Positions 1 through 9,784 of a DNA stretch of 64,000 bases are shown here, piece after piece. The position numbers were made by a program, and so were the translations under genes. The first letter of the stretch is position 1, and the number at the start of each line of letters is the position of its first letter. The notes under the pieces were generated by a model. It worked only from the letters and a program-made list of their open reading frames with translations. It made no database searches and had not been told where the DNA came from. Source of the DNA: an uncultured Christensenella sp. (GTDB taxonomy: Bacteria; Bacillota; Clostridia; Christensenellales; UBA1242); the NCBI GenBank assembly GCA_964387705.1, contig CAYLWT010000004.1, positions 4,242 through 68,241 on the forward strand, read 5' to 3'.

Positions 1-167
1 CCCACAAAATAACTTATTGAAATATCCTCAAGATTCATATCAAAATAGCTATCAAAAACGGAAAATATGTCGCTTTTAAGCAAATTTAAAAGAGGCTGAG
101 ATATATGTTCTTTGTCATACTTTAGCATTTTCTCAATTCTTAAAAGTGATTTTTGTGCAATTTTCAT
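1..167 (-). CDS. MinE-like cell division topological specificity factor (partial, runs off left edge; not in ORF track)
   Basis: ATG at 167 with RBS GAGGGG, 12 nt after the minD stop. Open frame MKIAQKSLLRIEKMLKYDKEHISQPLLNLLKSDIFSVFDSYFDMNLEDISISYFV resembles the MinE pattern RLxxxLxxDR...LxxLKxDIxxVxxxY. Confidence 0.55.
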   Translation of the reverse strand, partial: MKIAQKSLLRIEKMLKYDKEHISQPLLNLLKSDIFSVFDSYFDMNLEDISISYFV

Positions 168-179
168 ATTTTACCCCTC

Positions 180-977
180 TTATTTAACTTTTTTAAGTAT
201 TATTCGTTTGAAAAAACCTGAAAAACCTTTGTATTTTTCGGTGCAATCAAAAACCTTGGATGTTTCCCCCAAGATGTTTTTTGCAAGAAGTAAAAATGCA
301 TCATAAGAGTTGCATGCTCTATTCACCATTCTGCCAACAGATAAAAATGTTGTTATCGCGTCATCTTCGGGAATGATCCCCGAAAGTCTAACATCCAATA
401 TTTCAGCAATTTTTTTGCAATCAATCATTTCTTTATCCAAAATCATATCTCCCCTAACACGATTTATCACTATTGAATAGTCTTTGATGTTAAAATTTCC
501 AAGCATAAGCAAAACCTTATCCGCATCTCTTAGGCTTGAAAGGTGTGGAGTTACAACAACAATCGCTTCATCTGCCCCACAAACAGCACGTTCAAATGGT
601 TCATCAATTCCTGCGGGGCAATCAATAAGGACAAAGTCAAAATAATCATTTAGCCCATCAATAACTCTCTTCACATTTTCAGCTGTTACTTGTGATTTGT
701 TATAAGAATGAGCTGACGGCATAATAAATAAGTTCGGCTGATTTAAATCTTGCACCAAAGCCTGTTTTATGCGACATTTATTTTGAATGACATCAACAAG
801 GTCAAACACAATTTTATTTTCAACGCCCGTAACAACATCAAGGTTGTTAAGCCCAATATCTACATCAACAAGACAAACTCTTTTGCCAAGTCTTGCAAGT
901 GCTACACCAAGATTGGCACAAATAGTTGTTTTCCCAACACCGCCCTTTCCACTTGTAAGAACAATTTTTCTTGCCAT
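180..977 (-). CDS. minD: Septum site-determining ATPase MinD
   Basis: Deviant Walker A SGKGGVGKTT, DVDIGLNNLD and IDCPAG motifs; 265 aa; RBS AGGAG. Confidence 0.93.
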   Translation of the reverse strand: MARKIVLTSGKGGVGKTTICANLGVALARLGKRVCLVDVDIGLNNLDVVTGVENKIVFDLVDVIQNKCRIKQALVQDLNQPNLFIMPSAHSYNKSQVTAENVKRVIDGLNDYFDFVLIDCPAGIDEPFERAVCGADEAIVVVTPHLSSLRDADKVLLMLGNFNIKDYSIVINRVRGDMILDKEMIDCKKIAEILDVRLSGIIPEDDAITTFLSVGRMVNRACNSYDAFLLLAKNILGETSKVFDCTEKYKGFSGFFKRIILKKVK

Positions 978-1010
978 TTTCTTCTCCTAAAAACATTTTA
1001 ACAACAAAAG

Positions 1011-1043
1011 AAAAAAAGTAAAACCGCATTTGGTCTTACTTTT
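1011..1043 (-). terminator. Intrinsic terminator between the mreB-like gene and minD
   Basis: Minus-strand hairpin AAAAGUAAGACC-AAAUGC-GGUUUUACUUUU followed by a long U tract. An extended -10 (TGtTAAAAT) for minD follows at about 996-1004. Confidence 0.6.
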
Positions 1044-1067
1044 TATTTTCGACAAAAAAACAAAATT

Positions 1068-2078
1068 TTAGTTTTCTTCTTTAACTTTTTGAAGCATATT
1101 ATAATCACCCAGCAGTTTTTCACTACCCAAAACATTGGCGACTTCTGGGTTGTCAATCACAAAAACACTTAAACCTAAAATCTTTTTAAAAAAAGTTTCA
1201 AGTCCTGTCATTTTTGCTCCACCACCGCACACAACAATGCCTGATTTTCTTATATCTTCAACCACCTCTGGTGAACAATCACCAAGAAATGCTTGAATGA
1301 GTTGTGCAATTTTAAAATACGCTTCGCATATTGGTTTTGTTATATCCCTTGCATGCACAATTGTTGTTATTTGCGAATTTGCAGATGCTTCTTGCACTAC
1401 AACTTCAATGCTTCCCTTGTCTGTTTCATAAAGAGAACCAATTTCACACTTAATGATATTTGCAAGGTTTTGATTTATTATATAACCCTTGTTATGTTGA
1501 AGTTCTGAGACAATAAGCCTATCAACATAACTTCCTCCAATATTAACACTGCATGCCGAAATTATTTTGCCATTTGTAACACAAGAGATTTCCGTTCGTC
1601 CTCCCCCAATATTAACAATAAGGTTCGCCCTATTTTGAGCTAAATATGGGCTACCTGCAAAAGAAGCACAAACACTGCCATAAACAAAGTCAATCTTTGC
1701 AAATCCAACTGCAAAATACATTTTTTTAATATCATCATATTCTTCTTTCTTTAAGCCAAGTGGAAGGCAAGCAATAACTTTTATCGCAGGTTTTACAAAG
1801 CGATATTTCACAACTTTCCCTAAGAAATATTCCAAAATTTTTTGTGCCAACTGGACATTCTTGACAATTCCGTCAACAATAGGTCTAACGAAAACTTCAT
1901 CATCAGAAATTTTGCCATAAAGCCTTTGAGCCTCACTTCCCATCTTGACTACTTTCATATTTCTTCCAGAAGTTTGAAGAATTGCCAATGTTGGTTCATG
2001 CAGAACAATTCCGCTGTTCTTTTTGTAAATTGTTGTGTACGAACTTCCCATGTCAATACACAATTCATAATTCAACAT
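1068..2078 (-). CDS. Divergent MreB/Mbl-family actin-like ATPase
   Basis: IDMGSSYT, VNIGGGRTE, GGSYVD and VVCGGGAKMTGL actin-fold motifs; 336 aa. Confidence 0.8.
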   Translation of the reverse strand: MLNYELCIDMGSSYTTIYKKNSGIVLHEPTLAILQTSGRNMKVVKMGSEAQRLYGKISDDEVFVRPIVDGIVKNVQLAQKILEYFLGKVVKYRFVKPAIKVIACLPLGLKKEEYDDIKKMYFAVGFAKIDFVYGSVCASFAGSPYLAQNRANLIVNIGGGRTEISCVTNGKIISACSVNIGGSYVDRLIVSELQHNKGYIINQNLANIIKCEIGSLYETDKGSIEVVVQEASANSQITTIVHARDITKPICEAYFKIAQLIQAFLGDCSPEVVEDIRKSGIVVCGGGAKMTGLETFFKKILGLSVFVIDNPEVANVLGSEKLLGDYNMLQKVKEEN

Positions 2079-2093
2079 AAAAACCTCTTTATT

Positions 2094-3605
2094 TTATAAA
2101 ACTTCAAGGGTCTTTTTGTAAACTTTTTTGAAATCTTGCCCAACTTTTGCAGTTTCCCTTATTTCTATTGATGCGTCCATGGTAACAATAGTTTTCATAA
2201 TAACGCTGTCGCCCAAAATATCACAACTTACGTCTTGAACAACGTTTCTATGGCTCTTATCCAATGCTTCAGCGAGGCGGACAATTAGTGCCAATTTGCG
2301 CATTGCATCCAAATCCTCATCTGTTAAGACACTTTTATATTTTATCCATTCTGCAAGGTCAAAATCACTTAAATTTTGACATGCACAAACAAAAGATGCA
2401 AGGACAATCTCTCTGTGAGTCACACCAAAAATTTCCGAGTTAAAAACAATGTGAAAACTATTTTTTTCGTGATCATAAAATTTTATTCTTTGCCCACAAT
2501 CATGCATTGCCGAGGCAATTCTAAGAATTTTGAGATACCCTCTTGGCAATTTGTGGAGGACTTTTAGTTGTCTAAACAAAATTAGGGACAACTCACTAAC
2601 CTGCTTTGAATTGCTAAATTCCCCATCGTGAAATGCGTGAATATTGTCAAGGCTATATCCCAGAAGGTCACTGATTGGTTTTTCTGTTATTCCTGGAACA
2701 ACATTATTGAGCAAAAAGCCCATATTCATACCACGTTCCGACACAGTCACTTGTTCAAATTTACACACATCAAAGATCGCCTTTGTCATACAAATCCCAG
2801 CCGCAAAAACATCCGCACGTTCAGAAGAAATGCCTTTAACTTTCTTTGTTTTGTCAATGTCCAACGTCTTTATGAGTTTGAAAACGTCATCAAATTGGAT
2901 GTTTGTCATTGAATAATTATGAGCAATATCAACAGGATATTTTCTAAGTTTGCGTGAAAGTTTGCCTGCGTTCAGAAAAGCATTCCCGACTCCAACAAAA
3001 CTAAATTCAGTATCAACATCTTTAAGCCAATCAATCTCTCTTATACTATCAGCAAATTTTTTGACCATAAGGTCACAACCTTCTACAACGCTTGTTGCTT
3101 GTTCCAAGCTCTTTGCCACCTCAAAAGAACCATAAGGGATTACCACTTGGTTCACTATATTTCTTCTATTGTATTGCACAATTCTTGTTGAACCACCGCT
3201 TATGTTTATAACAACTCCCTTTGGAATGTCAAGAGTATTTATGACACCGCAATAAAGATTTGTAAGTTCTTCATCTTCCTCGAGAATTCTAAACTTAAAG
3301 CCTGTAATGTTATAAATTTCATCTAGAAAGCTACGATAATTTTTAAGTGTTTTTAGTGAATGCGACCCAACGGCATAAATATTTGTAACATTGTTAACTT
3401 CGCACATCATTCTAAACATTTTCAAAACGACCAAAGCCTCACTGCTTCGCGCCATTCTTAAAAGGCCTTCTCCATCAAAATCATCAACAATTTTGACTGG
3501 TTCACTCATATCTTGAAACACAACATAATTGCCTTCTTGGTTGAGATATGACAATGTAAGATTAACCTTTGTACTTCCCAAATGAATAACTGCTAATTTT
3601 TCCAA
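2094..3605 (-). CDS. ppx: Ppx/GppA family phosphatase with C-terminal HD domain
   Basis: IHLGST, ILEEDEE, NISGGST and MHDCG (HD) motifs; TTG start with RBS AAAGGAG; 503 aa. Confidence 0.85.
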   Translation of the reverse strand: MEKLAVIHLGSTKVNLTLSYLNQEGNYVVFQDMSEPVKIVDDFDGEGLLRMARSSEALVVLKMFRMMCEVNNVTNIYAVGSHSLKTLKNYRSFLDEIYNITGFKFRILEEDEELTNLYCGVINTLDIPKGVVINISGGSTRIVQYNRRNIVNQVVIPYGSFEVAKSLEQATSVVEGCDLMVKKFADSIREIDWLKDVDTEFSFVGVGNAFLNAGKLSRKLRKYPVDIAHNYSMTNIQFDDVFKLIKTLDIDKTKKVKGISSERADVFAAGICMTKAIFDVCKFEQVTVSERGMNMGFLLNNVVPGITEKPISDLLGYSLDNIHAFHDGEFSNSKQVSELSLILFRQLKVLHKLPRGYLKILRIASAMHDCGQRIKFYDHEKNSFHIVFNSEIFGVTHREIVLASFVCACQNLSDFDLAEWIKYKSVLTDEDLDAMRKLALIVRLAEALDKSHRNVVQDVSCDILGDSVIMKTIVTMDASIEIRETAKVGQDFKKVYKKTLEVL

Positions 3606-3632
3606 AACAAAAACTCCTTTGCAGAAAACTGC

Positions 3633-3800
3633 CTATTTTTCAATCTTAATCGCTTCCACAGGACAAATTCCTTCACAAGTGTGACACCCGATGCAAATAT
3701 TGTCATCAATGTGCGATTTGCCATCAATCATTTTTATTGCTCCCACTGGGCAAACTCCTTCGCAAGCGCCACAGCCGATACATTTTTCTTTATCAACCAT
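3633..3800 (-). CDS. 2x[4Fe-4S] ferredoxin, 55 aa (not in ORF track)
   Basis: Hand translation MVDKEKCIGCGACEGVCPVGAIKMIDGKSHIDDNICIGCHTCEGICPVEAIKIEK has two CxxCxxCxxxCP motifs. RBS AAGGAG; upstream TTTACA-17-TAAAAT. Confidence 0.95.
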   Translation of the reverse strand: MVDKEKCIGCGACEGVCPVGAIKMIDGKSHIDDNICIGCHTCEGICPVEAIKIEK

Positions 3801-4033
3801 TTTTTACTCCTTATCACGTTGTATTTTACACGAAGTTTTGAAAATTGTAAAGAAATTTTAAGTGAAAGCAAGCAATTTCTAGCAATAAATATTGAAAAAT
3901 AACTAAATTTTGGTCGAAAGCATTGGTTTCAATGAAAATTGTTGAAACTTCGCCTTCTCCTACAAAATATCACACAAATAAAAATTGTCAAGAAAAACTT
4001 TTCTCGACAATATGCTTTCTAATCTGTATTAAC

Positions 4034-4402
4034 CTATTTCGAGTGATACTTTTTAAGATAACAAACAAGTTCAACCACTCCAATGGAGAGCAAAAACGCC
4101 CCAAAAGTTATCTTTAAAACATGCTCATCAATTCCCTTAACACAAATTGCCATCAACGCAGCGAACGGCACAGCCACACACGAAAATACAACTGCGGGAA
4201 AAACGTCAACCAACCCATTTTTTATATTAAAAATTAAAATTATGAATGCCATAACAACAAAAGAAAAAACATTTATCAGTTGGGCCTCTTTTTGTCCAAC
4301 TCCGACTAAAGATAGTATGGGAATAAGCAGCGTTCCGCCACCCAATCCCAATGCACTCATAAGCCCTGTTACAATCCCCAAAATTACAAAAATAGTCCAC
4401 AT
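4034..4402 (-). CDS. Half-size TSUP (TauE/SafE) family transporter subunit
   Basis: GLGGGTLLIP motif; 4 hydrophobic helices; 122 aa; paired with a similar upstream ORF. Confidence 0.8.
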   Translation of the reverse strand: MWTIFVILGIVTGLMSALGLGGGTLLIPILSLVGVGQKEAQLINVFSFVVMAFIILIFNIKNGLVDVFPAVVFSCVAVPFAALMAICVKGIDEHVLKITFGAFLLSIGVVELVCYLKKYHSK

Positions 4403-4447
4403 TTTCCCCTCATTTTTTGTTTAAGATTTATGTTTTTTGTAAAAATT

Positions 4448-4810
4448 TTAAAAGAACATCTTTATTCCAGATACAATAAGCACCAGGACAAAAAGAAAGT
4501 TTAAGGGTTTGTTTTCTATTTTCTTGAGGGCAAAACTTCCTAGAAGTCCACCTACTAGCGAGCCAATTGTGACAAAAATTCCGACATCAAACCTAGATGG
4601 CAATGAAAAAAAATAAATAATGAGTGTTGGGATGCTAATAATCGACATCACAACCACTGCGGTTGCATGTGATTGCTTGTCTTCAAGGTTTAACAAGCTT
4701 TTAAAAATTGGCACACACAACATGCCTCCTCCACCCCCAAAAAGTCCATTTATTATGCCAACAAGCCCTGCAAACATAAAAAAAATTATAGTTTTTTTGT
4801 TTTTGCCCAT
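4448..4810 (-). CDS. Half-size TSUP (TauE/SafE) family transporter subunit
   Basis: NGLFGGGGGMLCVP and SHATA motifs; 120 aa; hydrophobic. Confidence 0.8.
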   Translation of the reverse strand: MGKNKKTIIFFMFAGLVGIINGLFGGGGGMLCVPIFKSLLNLEDKQSHATAVVVMSIISIPTLIIYFFSLPSRFDVGIFVTIGSLVGGLLGSFALKKIENKPLNFLFVLVLIVSGIKMFF

Positions 4811-4872
4811 AATTCTATTATGGTAATCTACTGAAAAAATATTTTATATTAGTAATAAATAACAAAAATTGA

Positions 4873-4901
4873 TTGCATTTTTTGCCCATTTATTATATAA
4901 T
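4873..4901 (+). promoter_or_regulatory. Sigma-A type promoter of the 1068-aa surface protein gene
   Basis: TTGCAT (4873-4878), 17-nt spacer, TATAAT (4896-4901). Confidence 0.7.
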
Positions 4902-4985
4902 GCTAGAGTTACGAGTTTTAATTTCAACTCAATTACAAATATGAGCCTGTTTTTGGTTCAACAATAAATAATAAGAAGGTCATTT

Positions 4986-7900
4986 ATGAAACATAATCTC
5001 GGAAAAACTAAAAAAGCACTTATAGCACTTGCTCTTTCTGCAACGTGCGTTTTGTCAGGTGTGCCAATGCTTAGGTATTCCAATCAAAATGTGCAAGCCG
5101 CATACTATCAAAAAGCACAAACTGACATCATTAAAAACGGAGATTTTAAAACAAGAACGGATCAAGGAGACAATTCTCCCGCTTCTATTGACGGGAACAA
5201 TTGGACTGTTAACGTTCCAAAAGATGTTTTGTGCGGAGTTATTGACACAAGTAGTTCAAACAAATATGGGTTAACAACCGTTCCGACTCCATCCAAAAGT
5301 ATCACTGATGCAGACAATTATGTTCTTATGTTCCGTGGAGCATCATCTGCAACGGAACAAACAAGTGGATACGTTAAAAGCGACTCGGCGACTCTTGAGG
5401 CGGACAAGTTTTATGAAATAAGTGTCTATGCAATGAAACAAGGTACTGGAGCTGGAACCATTAGCTCTTCCGAGCTCGGGCTGTCCGTTTCTGTAACAGC
5501 AACCGACTGGTGCAAATATACTCTTTATGTTCAAACAGATTCCTTCCAATCAAAAAGTTTTACTTTACAACTTGGATTTACTAAGGGAACTGCTGAAGGT
5601 GCTGTCTTTTATGATCATATTATAGTTTCTGAGGTTTCAGAAGCAGACTATCTTGAGGCAAATGAAGAGATAAATACTGTTGCAAAGAAAAGTTTTCAAA
5701 GAACTGTCCTTACCTCTTTCAAGAACTCTAATTTTGAAAACGAAGACAATTATTGGACAATTGAAGGTGGAAATGGTGCTAGCGAAATTTATGTCGACAC
5801 AAAACAAAATATAAACACACAAATCCAGACGATTTTCGGGGTATCCGACAATTCTGCAAATACTTTTGATGGTGAAACTACTACAAGTCACGCCCTATTC
5901 TTCGTAAATAAAGATTCTGTTGTCGCATCAAAAACCATTTCATCAACGACAAACGATGAAGATTCAACAAAAGATAATACGCTTACAATCTCTCAACATG
6001 GGCTATATAGATTATCTTTCGTCCTAAAAACAGGTGGTGATACTTCTGGTCTTACAGCAACACTAACTCCAGCGAACACAAACATTTCGGCACTTGAACA
6101 ATCTGCCCTTAAAAGTTCTTCAAGCACAGATGCTAGAAATGGTTTTACTGTCGTAAGTTTTTATATTAAAGGAAGTTGTGAACAAGATGAGAAAGTTTCT
6201 CTTAAGTTGTCGCTTGGAACTGAAAAAGGTTGGGCTATTGTTGACAACATCGTTTTAGAGGCAATCACTTCAAGTGAACTATCTTCAAAGACTTCAACTT
6301 CAAACACCCTTGACCTCTCAACAATGACCGACTCTTCGGATATAGAGAATGGTCAATTCAACTTTGCAACCATAAATTCTCTTTCTGACGATTATATAAT
6401 AACTGATGGTGCAGTTTCTTTGAAATATCCTCTTAACCCTACAAGTTGGACGATCTCAAAATCTTCTTCCGAAACACTTTCAAGCGGAATTGTTAGACTT
6501 GGGCAATTTACCTCGGACGGAGCAAAAATACAAGACAAATATAGTTCAATCAAAAATCCTGGTGCAAATTCTGCTTTCTACAAAGATTTTTACAATCTTA
6601 ATAGTGGTGAATATCCTTTAAACAAAGAAAATGTTCTTATGGTTAGAAGCTCCACAACCGATGATGTATCTTTCACAAGTTCAACAGTAACCGTTTCAGC
6701 AAATAGCAACTCAAGTCAAACTAAAGTCACATTTACCATTGGTGTGAACACAAATGACACCACGAAGGCTTTTGTAAAATTTGTGGATGGGAATAACAAA
6801 ACACTTGCAATTTTCGATAATATAAACACAAATGGTGAATGGAAACAACTTTATTTTTACCTTACGAATGGCATTTCATCAACAAATGTTAAAATGATTG
6901 TTGGGGTTCATGGAAATTCAGGCAGCACACAGTGTGCATTTTTCGATTGTGCACGTTACCTTTCTTCAGAAAAAGTCGTCGCAAATTCAACCAGTCTTTC
7001 CGTTAACCTTTATGAAAACAATTTCAGCACAACGAAAATGAATAACGGCCAAAGAACACAAGAAGCATTCGGATTTGACACTACAAAAATATCAAATAAT
7101 AATGAATGTTCTGTGAAAATTCATAATAAGCTTGACACCCCAGATCTCCCAACCAGACAAGATTCGACATCCGTTCTTGTCCTTCAAAATTATTACGAAA
7201 ATAGTTACCAAACCATTGCAACAAACTACACCTATTCCCTCAAAAGTAATAGTTATTACAAATTTTGTGCATGGATAAAAATTGAAGATTTGTCATCTGA
7301 AGGTTTTGGTAGAATGGAAGTAGTTACTCTTGACTCTGACGGGAACATAATTGAAGACGAAGAAAATACAAATGTTTTCAAAAAAATAGTCGCATCAAAT
7401 TCCGAAGAAGATGAAGAAAACGGATACAAGCTCTATACAATTTATATATTGGCAGAAGCCGACCAAAATGTTAAACTTCTTTTCTCTCTTGGAACTTCCG
7501 ACAATCCAACAGTTGGAAAAATGTATATCGACAGCTACACAGTCACAGATATCGAATCGAGCGACTATATTGGCAAGACATCTGACGACTACACAATCGT
7601 TTCCAAAGTGGTCGAAAAAACAACGGAAGATGAAACAGCTGATGACTCAACAAACCAAACAACTGCTTCAGAAGTAAACATTTGGATTCTTGCTTCTTCC
7701 ATTCTTCTTGTCATTGCCCTTGGATTTGCAATCGCAGGATATCTTCTAAGACGCATTCCTAAAAAGCAAAAACACGAAAAAATTAAAAAATCAGAATACA
7801 AAAAATCTCCAAAAGCAATCAACGAAAAACAAATTAAAGCAGAACTTAAATCAAAACGTGAAATTAGCCTTGAAAATCTTAACACTAAACTTACTTCTCT

Positions 7901-8192
7901 TCAAGAAGAATATGATAACATTAAAGCGGAATACGATTCAAAATCGACAGGTGATGAGGTGGTCGATGGAAAACTTTACAGCGAATACACCAAAAAGCTC
8001 AACAAAATTAATGATAGAATTGAATATTTGAAATCTGCAGCGACCTACCTTCAAAACGATCAAAATATAAAGTCAAGTGAAAGGTTAGAAATCAAAAGCA
8101 AGAAAAAACAAGTTGAAAAAGAATTTAATGCTTTGAAAAATCCTAAGAAATCAAAAGATGAAAACAATTCTCAAAACAAAAAGAAAAAATAA
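4986..8192 (+). CDS. Large exported, membrane-anchored protein with repeated carbohydrate-binding-module-like domains and a cytoplasmic coiled-coil tail
   Basis: N-terminal signal peptide; about four S/T/N/D-rich beta domains starting NGDF/NSNF/NGQF/NNF; one TM helix (IWILASSILLVIALGFAIAGYLL); about 150-aa K/E-rich tail. Confidence 0.7.
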   Translation: MKHNLGKTKKALIALALSATCVLSGVPMLRYSNQNVQAAYYQKAQTDIIKNGDFKTRTDQGDNSPASIDGNNWTVNVPKDVLCGVIDTSSSNKYGLTTVPTPSKSITDADNYVLMFRGASSATEQTSGYVKSDSATLEADKFYEISVYAMKQGTGAGTISSSELGLSVSVTATDWCKYTLYVQTDSFQSKSFTLQLGFTKGTAEGAVFYDHIIVSEVSEADYLEANEEINTVAKKSFQRTVLTSFKNSNFENEDNYWTIEGGNGASEIYVDTKQNINTQIQTIFGVSDNSANTFDGETTTSHALFFVNKDSVVASKTISSTTNDEDSTKDNTLTISQHGLYRLSFVLKTGGDTSGLTATLTPANTNISALEQSALKSSSSTDARNGFTVVSFYIKGSCEQDEKVSLKLSLGTEKGWAIVDNIVLEAITSSELSSKTSTSNTLDLSTMTDSSDIENGQFNFATINSLSDDYIITDGAVSLKYPLNPTSWTISKSSSETLSSGIVRLGQFTSDGAKIQDKYSSIKNPGANSAFYKDFYNLNSGEYPLNKENVLMVRSSTTDDVSFTSSTVTVSANSNSSQTKVTFTIGVNTNDTTKAFVKFVDGNNKTLAIFDNINTNGEWKQLYFYLTNGISSTNVKMIVGVHGNSGSTQCAFFDCARYLSSEKVVANSTSLSVNLYENNFSTTKMNNGQRTQEAFGFDTTKISNNNECSVKIHNKLDTPDLPTRQDSTSVLVLQNYYENSYQTIATNYTYSLKSNSYYKFCAWIKIEDLSSEGFGRMEVVTLDSDGNIIEDEENTNVFKKIVASNSEEDEENGYKLYTIYILAEADQNVKLLFSLGTSDNPTVGKMYIDSYTVTDIESSDYIGKTSDDYTIVSKVVEKTTEDETADDSTNQTTASEVNIWILASSILLVIALGFAIAGYLLRRIPKKQKHEKIKKSEYKKSPKAINEKQIKAELKSKREISLENLNTKLTSLQEEYDNIKAEYDSKSTGDEVVDGKLYSEYTKKLNKINDRIEYLKSAATYLQNDQNIKSSERLEIKSKKKQVEKEFNALKNPKKSKDENNSQNKKKK

Positions 8193-8210
8193 AACCTGCA
8201 ATTTGATACA

Positions 8211-8240
8211 AAAAAATCTCACAAAATTGTGAGATTTTTT
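8211..8240. terminator. Bidirectional intrinsic terminator
   Basis: aaaaaatctcac-aaaatt-gtgagatttttt, a perfect inverted repeat between convergent genes. Confidence 0.85.
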
Positions 8241-8257
8241 AATTTTAAATAGAAAAT

Positions 8258-9379
8258 TTAAATATTTTTGACATAACTTCTTCGTCTTTTATGTTGAATA
8301 TAATCAAATACACTCCATTGTCCTTGAATTCTGGTGTTGTCCTCAAGCATTAAGTTCGTTTCAGCATATTCTATATTTTTTTCAATCATTCCATGAATAA
8401 GGTGTGACACAATCATTGCGTTGACGCCCTTGTTTTGATATTCTGGTCTTATAGCAATAAGCCCTAGGTCAATGCTTTTTGGCTTTTTGATTTGCTTCAG
8501 CATTCTAAAAATTCCAAATGGCAAAATTTTCCCTTTACTTTTATTTACTGATTCCGAAAGTGATGGGAACACAAGTCCAAAAGCGACAAGTTTTCCTTCT
8601 TCATTTGTAATCCCAACCAAGAAGTCTTTGTTTAGAATAAGACCAAATTGTGAAATAAGAGAATCTTTCATTTTGTCAGAAAAAGGAACAACTCCATAAA
8701 GTGGTGAATATGCCGCATCTAGAACGTCAAAAAATTGATCTTTATAATTATCTACAAACCACTTTATGCTTGATGGCGTAATGAGTTTAAGCTTGTATCT
8801 TTTTGACACTGCCTCCGCAATTCTGTCCACCCTTTCGTTTGGTTCTTTTGGTGCAAATATTCTATACTCCACCCAATCAACTTCTTTTTTAAAACCATTA
8901 TCCTCAATAAGTTTGCTGTAATAGTCAAAGTTATATTGTTCTTCAAATGTAGACATTTGGTCAAACCCTTCAATAAGCAACCCTTCTCGGTCAAGATCGT
9001 TATAGCCCATTGGGCCATGAACGGTAGTCATCCCTTCAGACTTTGCCCAAGATTCCACAGCATCAAACAATGCTTTTGCCACTTCCCTGTCATTTATGCA
9101 GTCAAATCGAGAAAATCTTGCACGTTTTTCATTAACTTTTTGATTGTATAATTTTTGAATAATGCCCGCAATTCTCCCAACTATTTCTCCGTCTTTATAT
9201 GCCAAAAAACATTTGACAATACAATCTTGATAAGACTCATTTTTATCTGGGTCAAATTTGTTTACCTCATCTATATTTAAAAATGGCACATAATTTTTAT
9301 TTCCTTTGTAAAGTTTATGTGGGAAATTAACAAACTTCTTTATATCATTTTTTGATTTAACTTCTTTTACTGTTATCAT
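8258..9379 (-). CDS. Double-GNAT-fold N-acetyltransferase (YghO-like)
   Basis: VGRIAGII, RFSRFDCI, VHGPM and LIAIRPEYQNKGV (acetyl-CoA motif A); 373 aa. Confidence 0.75.
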   Translation of the reverse strand: MITVKEVKSKNDIKKFVNFPHKLYKGNKNYVPFLNIDEVNKFDPDKNESYQDCIVKCFLAYKDGEIVGRIAGIIQKLYNQKVNEKRARFSRFDCINDREVAKALFDAVESWAKSEGMTTVHGPMGYNDLDREGLLIEGFDQMSTFEEQYNFDYYSKLIEDNGFKKEVDWVEYRIFAPKEPNERVDRIAEAVSKRYKLKLITPSSIKWFVDNYKDQFFDVLDAAYSPLYGVVPFSDKMKDSLISQFGLILNKDFLVGITNEEGKLVAFGLVFPSLSESVNKSKGKILPFGIFRMLKQIKKPKSIDLGLIAIRPEYQNKGVNAMIVSHLIHGMIEKNIEYAETNLMLEDNTRIQGQWSVFDYIQHKRRRSYVKNI

Positions 9380-9430
9380 CTGAAACCTAACCTTACGAGT
9401 ATTATAACATTTTTTCTACAAACTTTGCAA

Positions 9431-9712
9431 CTATATGAGCAACTGTTGTCCAACAAATATAAATAAAATATTGTTTTTTTCTTTAATTTCCTCCACCGTT
9501 GTCCCAAAATTTTGTGCAATGGAATTTAAACTTTCCCCAGGAAGCACAGTATGAACTCTAAGTGATCTTTTGTCAACAAAAATAAATCCGTCATCATCTC
9601 CCGAAATTGTAGCTTGAGGAATAGAAAATTCTTTTGCAACATCTACTTTTTTTCGTCCAACAATTTTTATTATTTCAAAAGGCAAAATGTCCACCTTTTT
9701 AATTCCACCCAT
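9431..9712 (-). CDS. LysM domain protein
   Basis: C-terminal HTVLPGESLNSIAQNFGTTVEEIKEKNNI...GQQLLI is a LysM domain; RBS AAGGAG. Confidence 0.85.
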   Translation of the reverse strand: MGGIKKVDILPFEIIKIVGRKKVDVAKEFSIPQATISGDDDGFIFVDKRSLRVHTVLPGESLNSIAQNFGTTVEEIKEKNNILFIFVGQQLLI

Positions 9713-9784
9713 TTTTTTCTCCTTTTTAATTCTAATAACAGCTTAAGCGTAAATATATTTATATATATTCAATAGGAGAAAATT

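Noticed and set aside
1048-1054. Spo0A box (TGTCGAA, minus strand) upstream of minD
   Set aside because: Several copies of this 7-mer are expected by chance in the window and there is no second site to support it.
4034-4810. Split TSUP transporter as a possible frameshifted pseudogene
   Set aside because: Each half has its own start and the glycine-rich motif. Paired half-size TSUP genes are a known clostridial arrangement.
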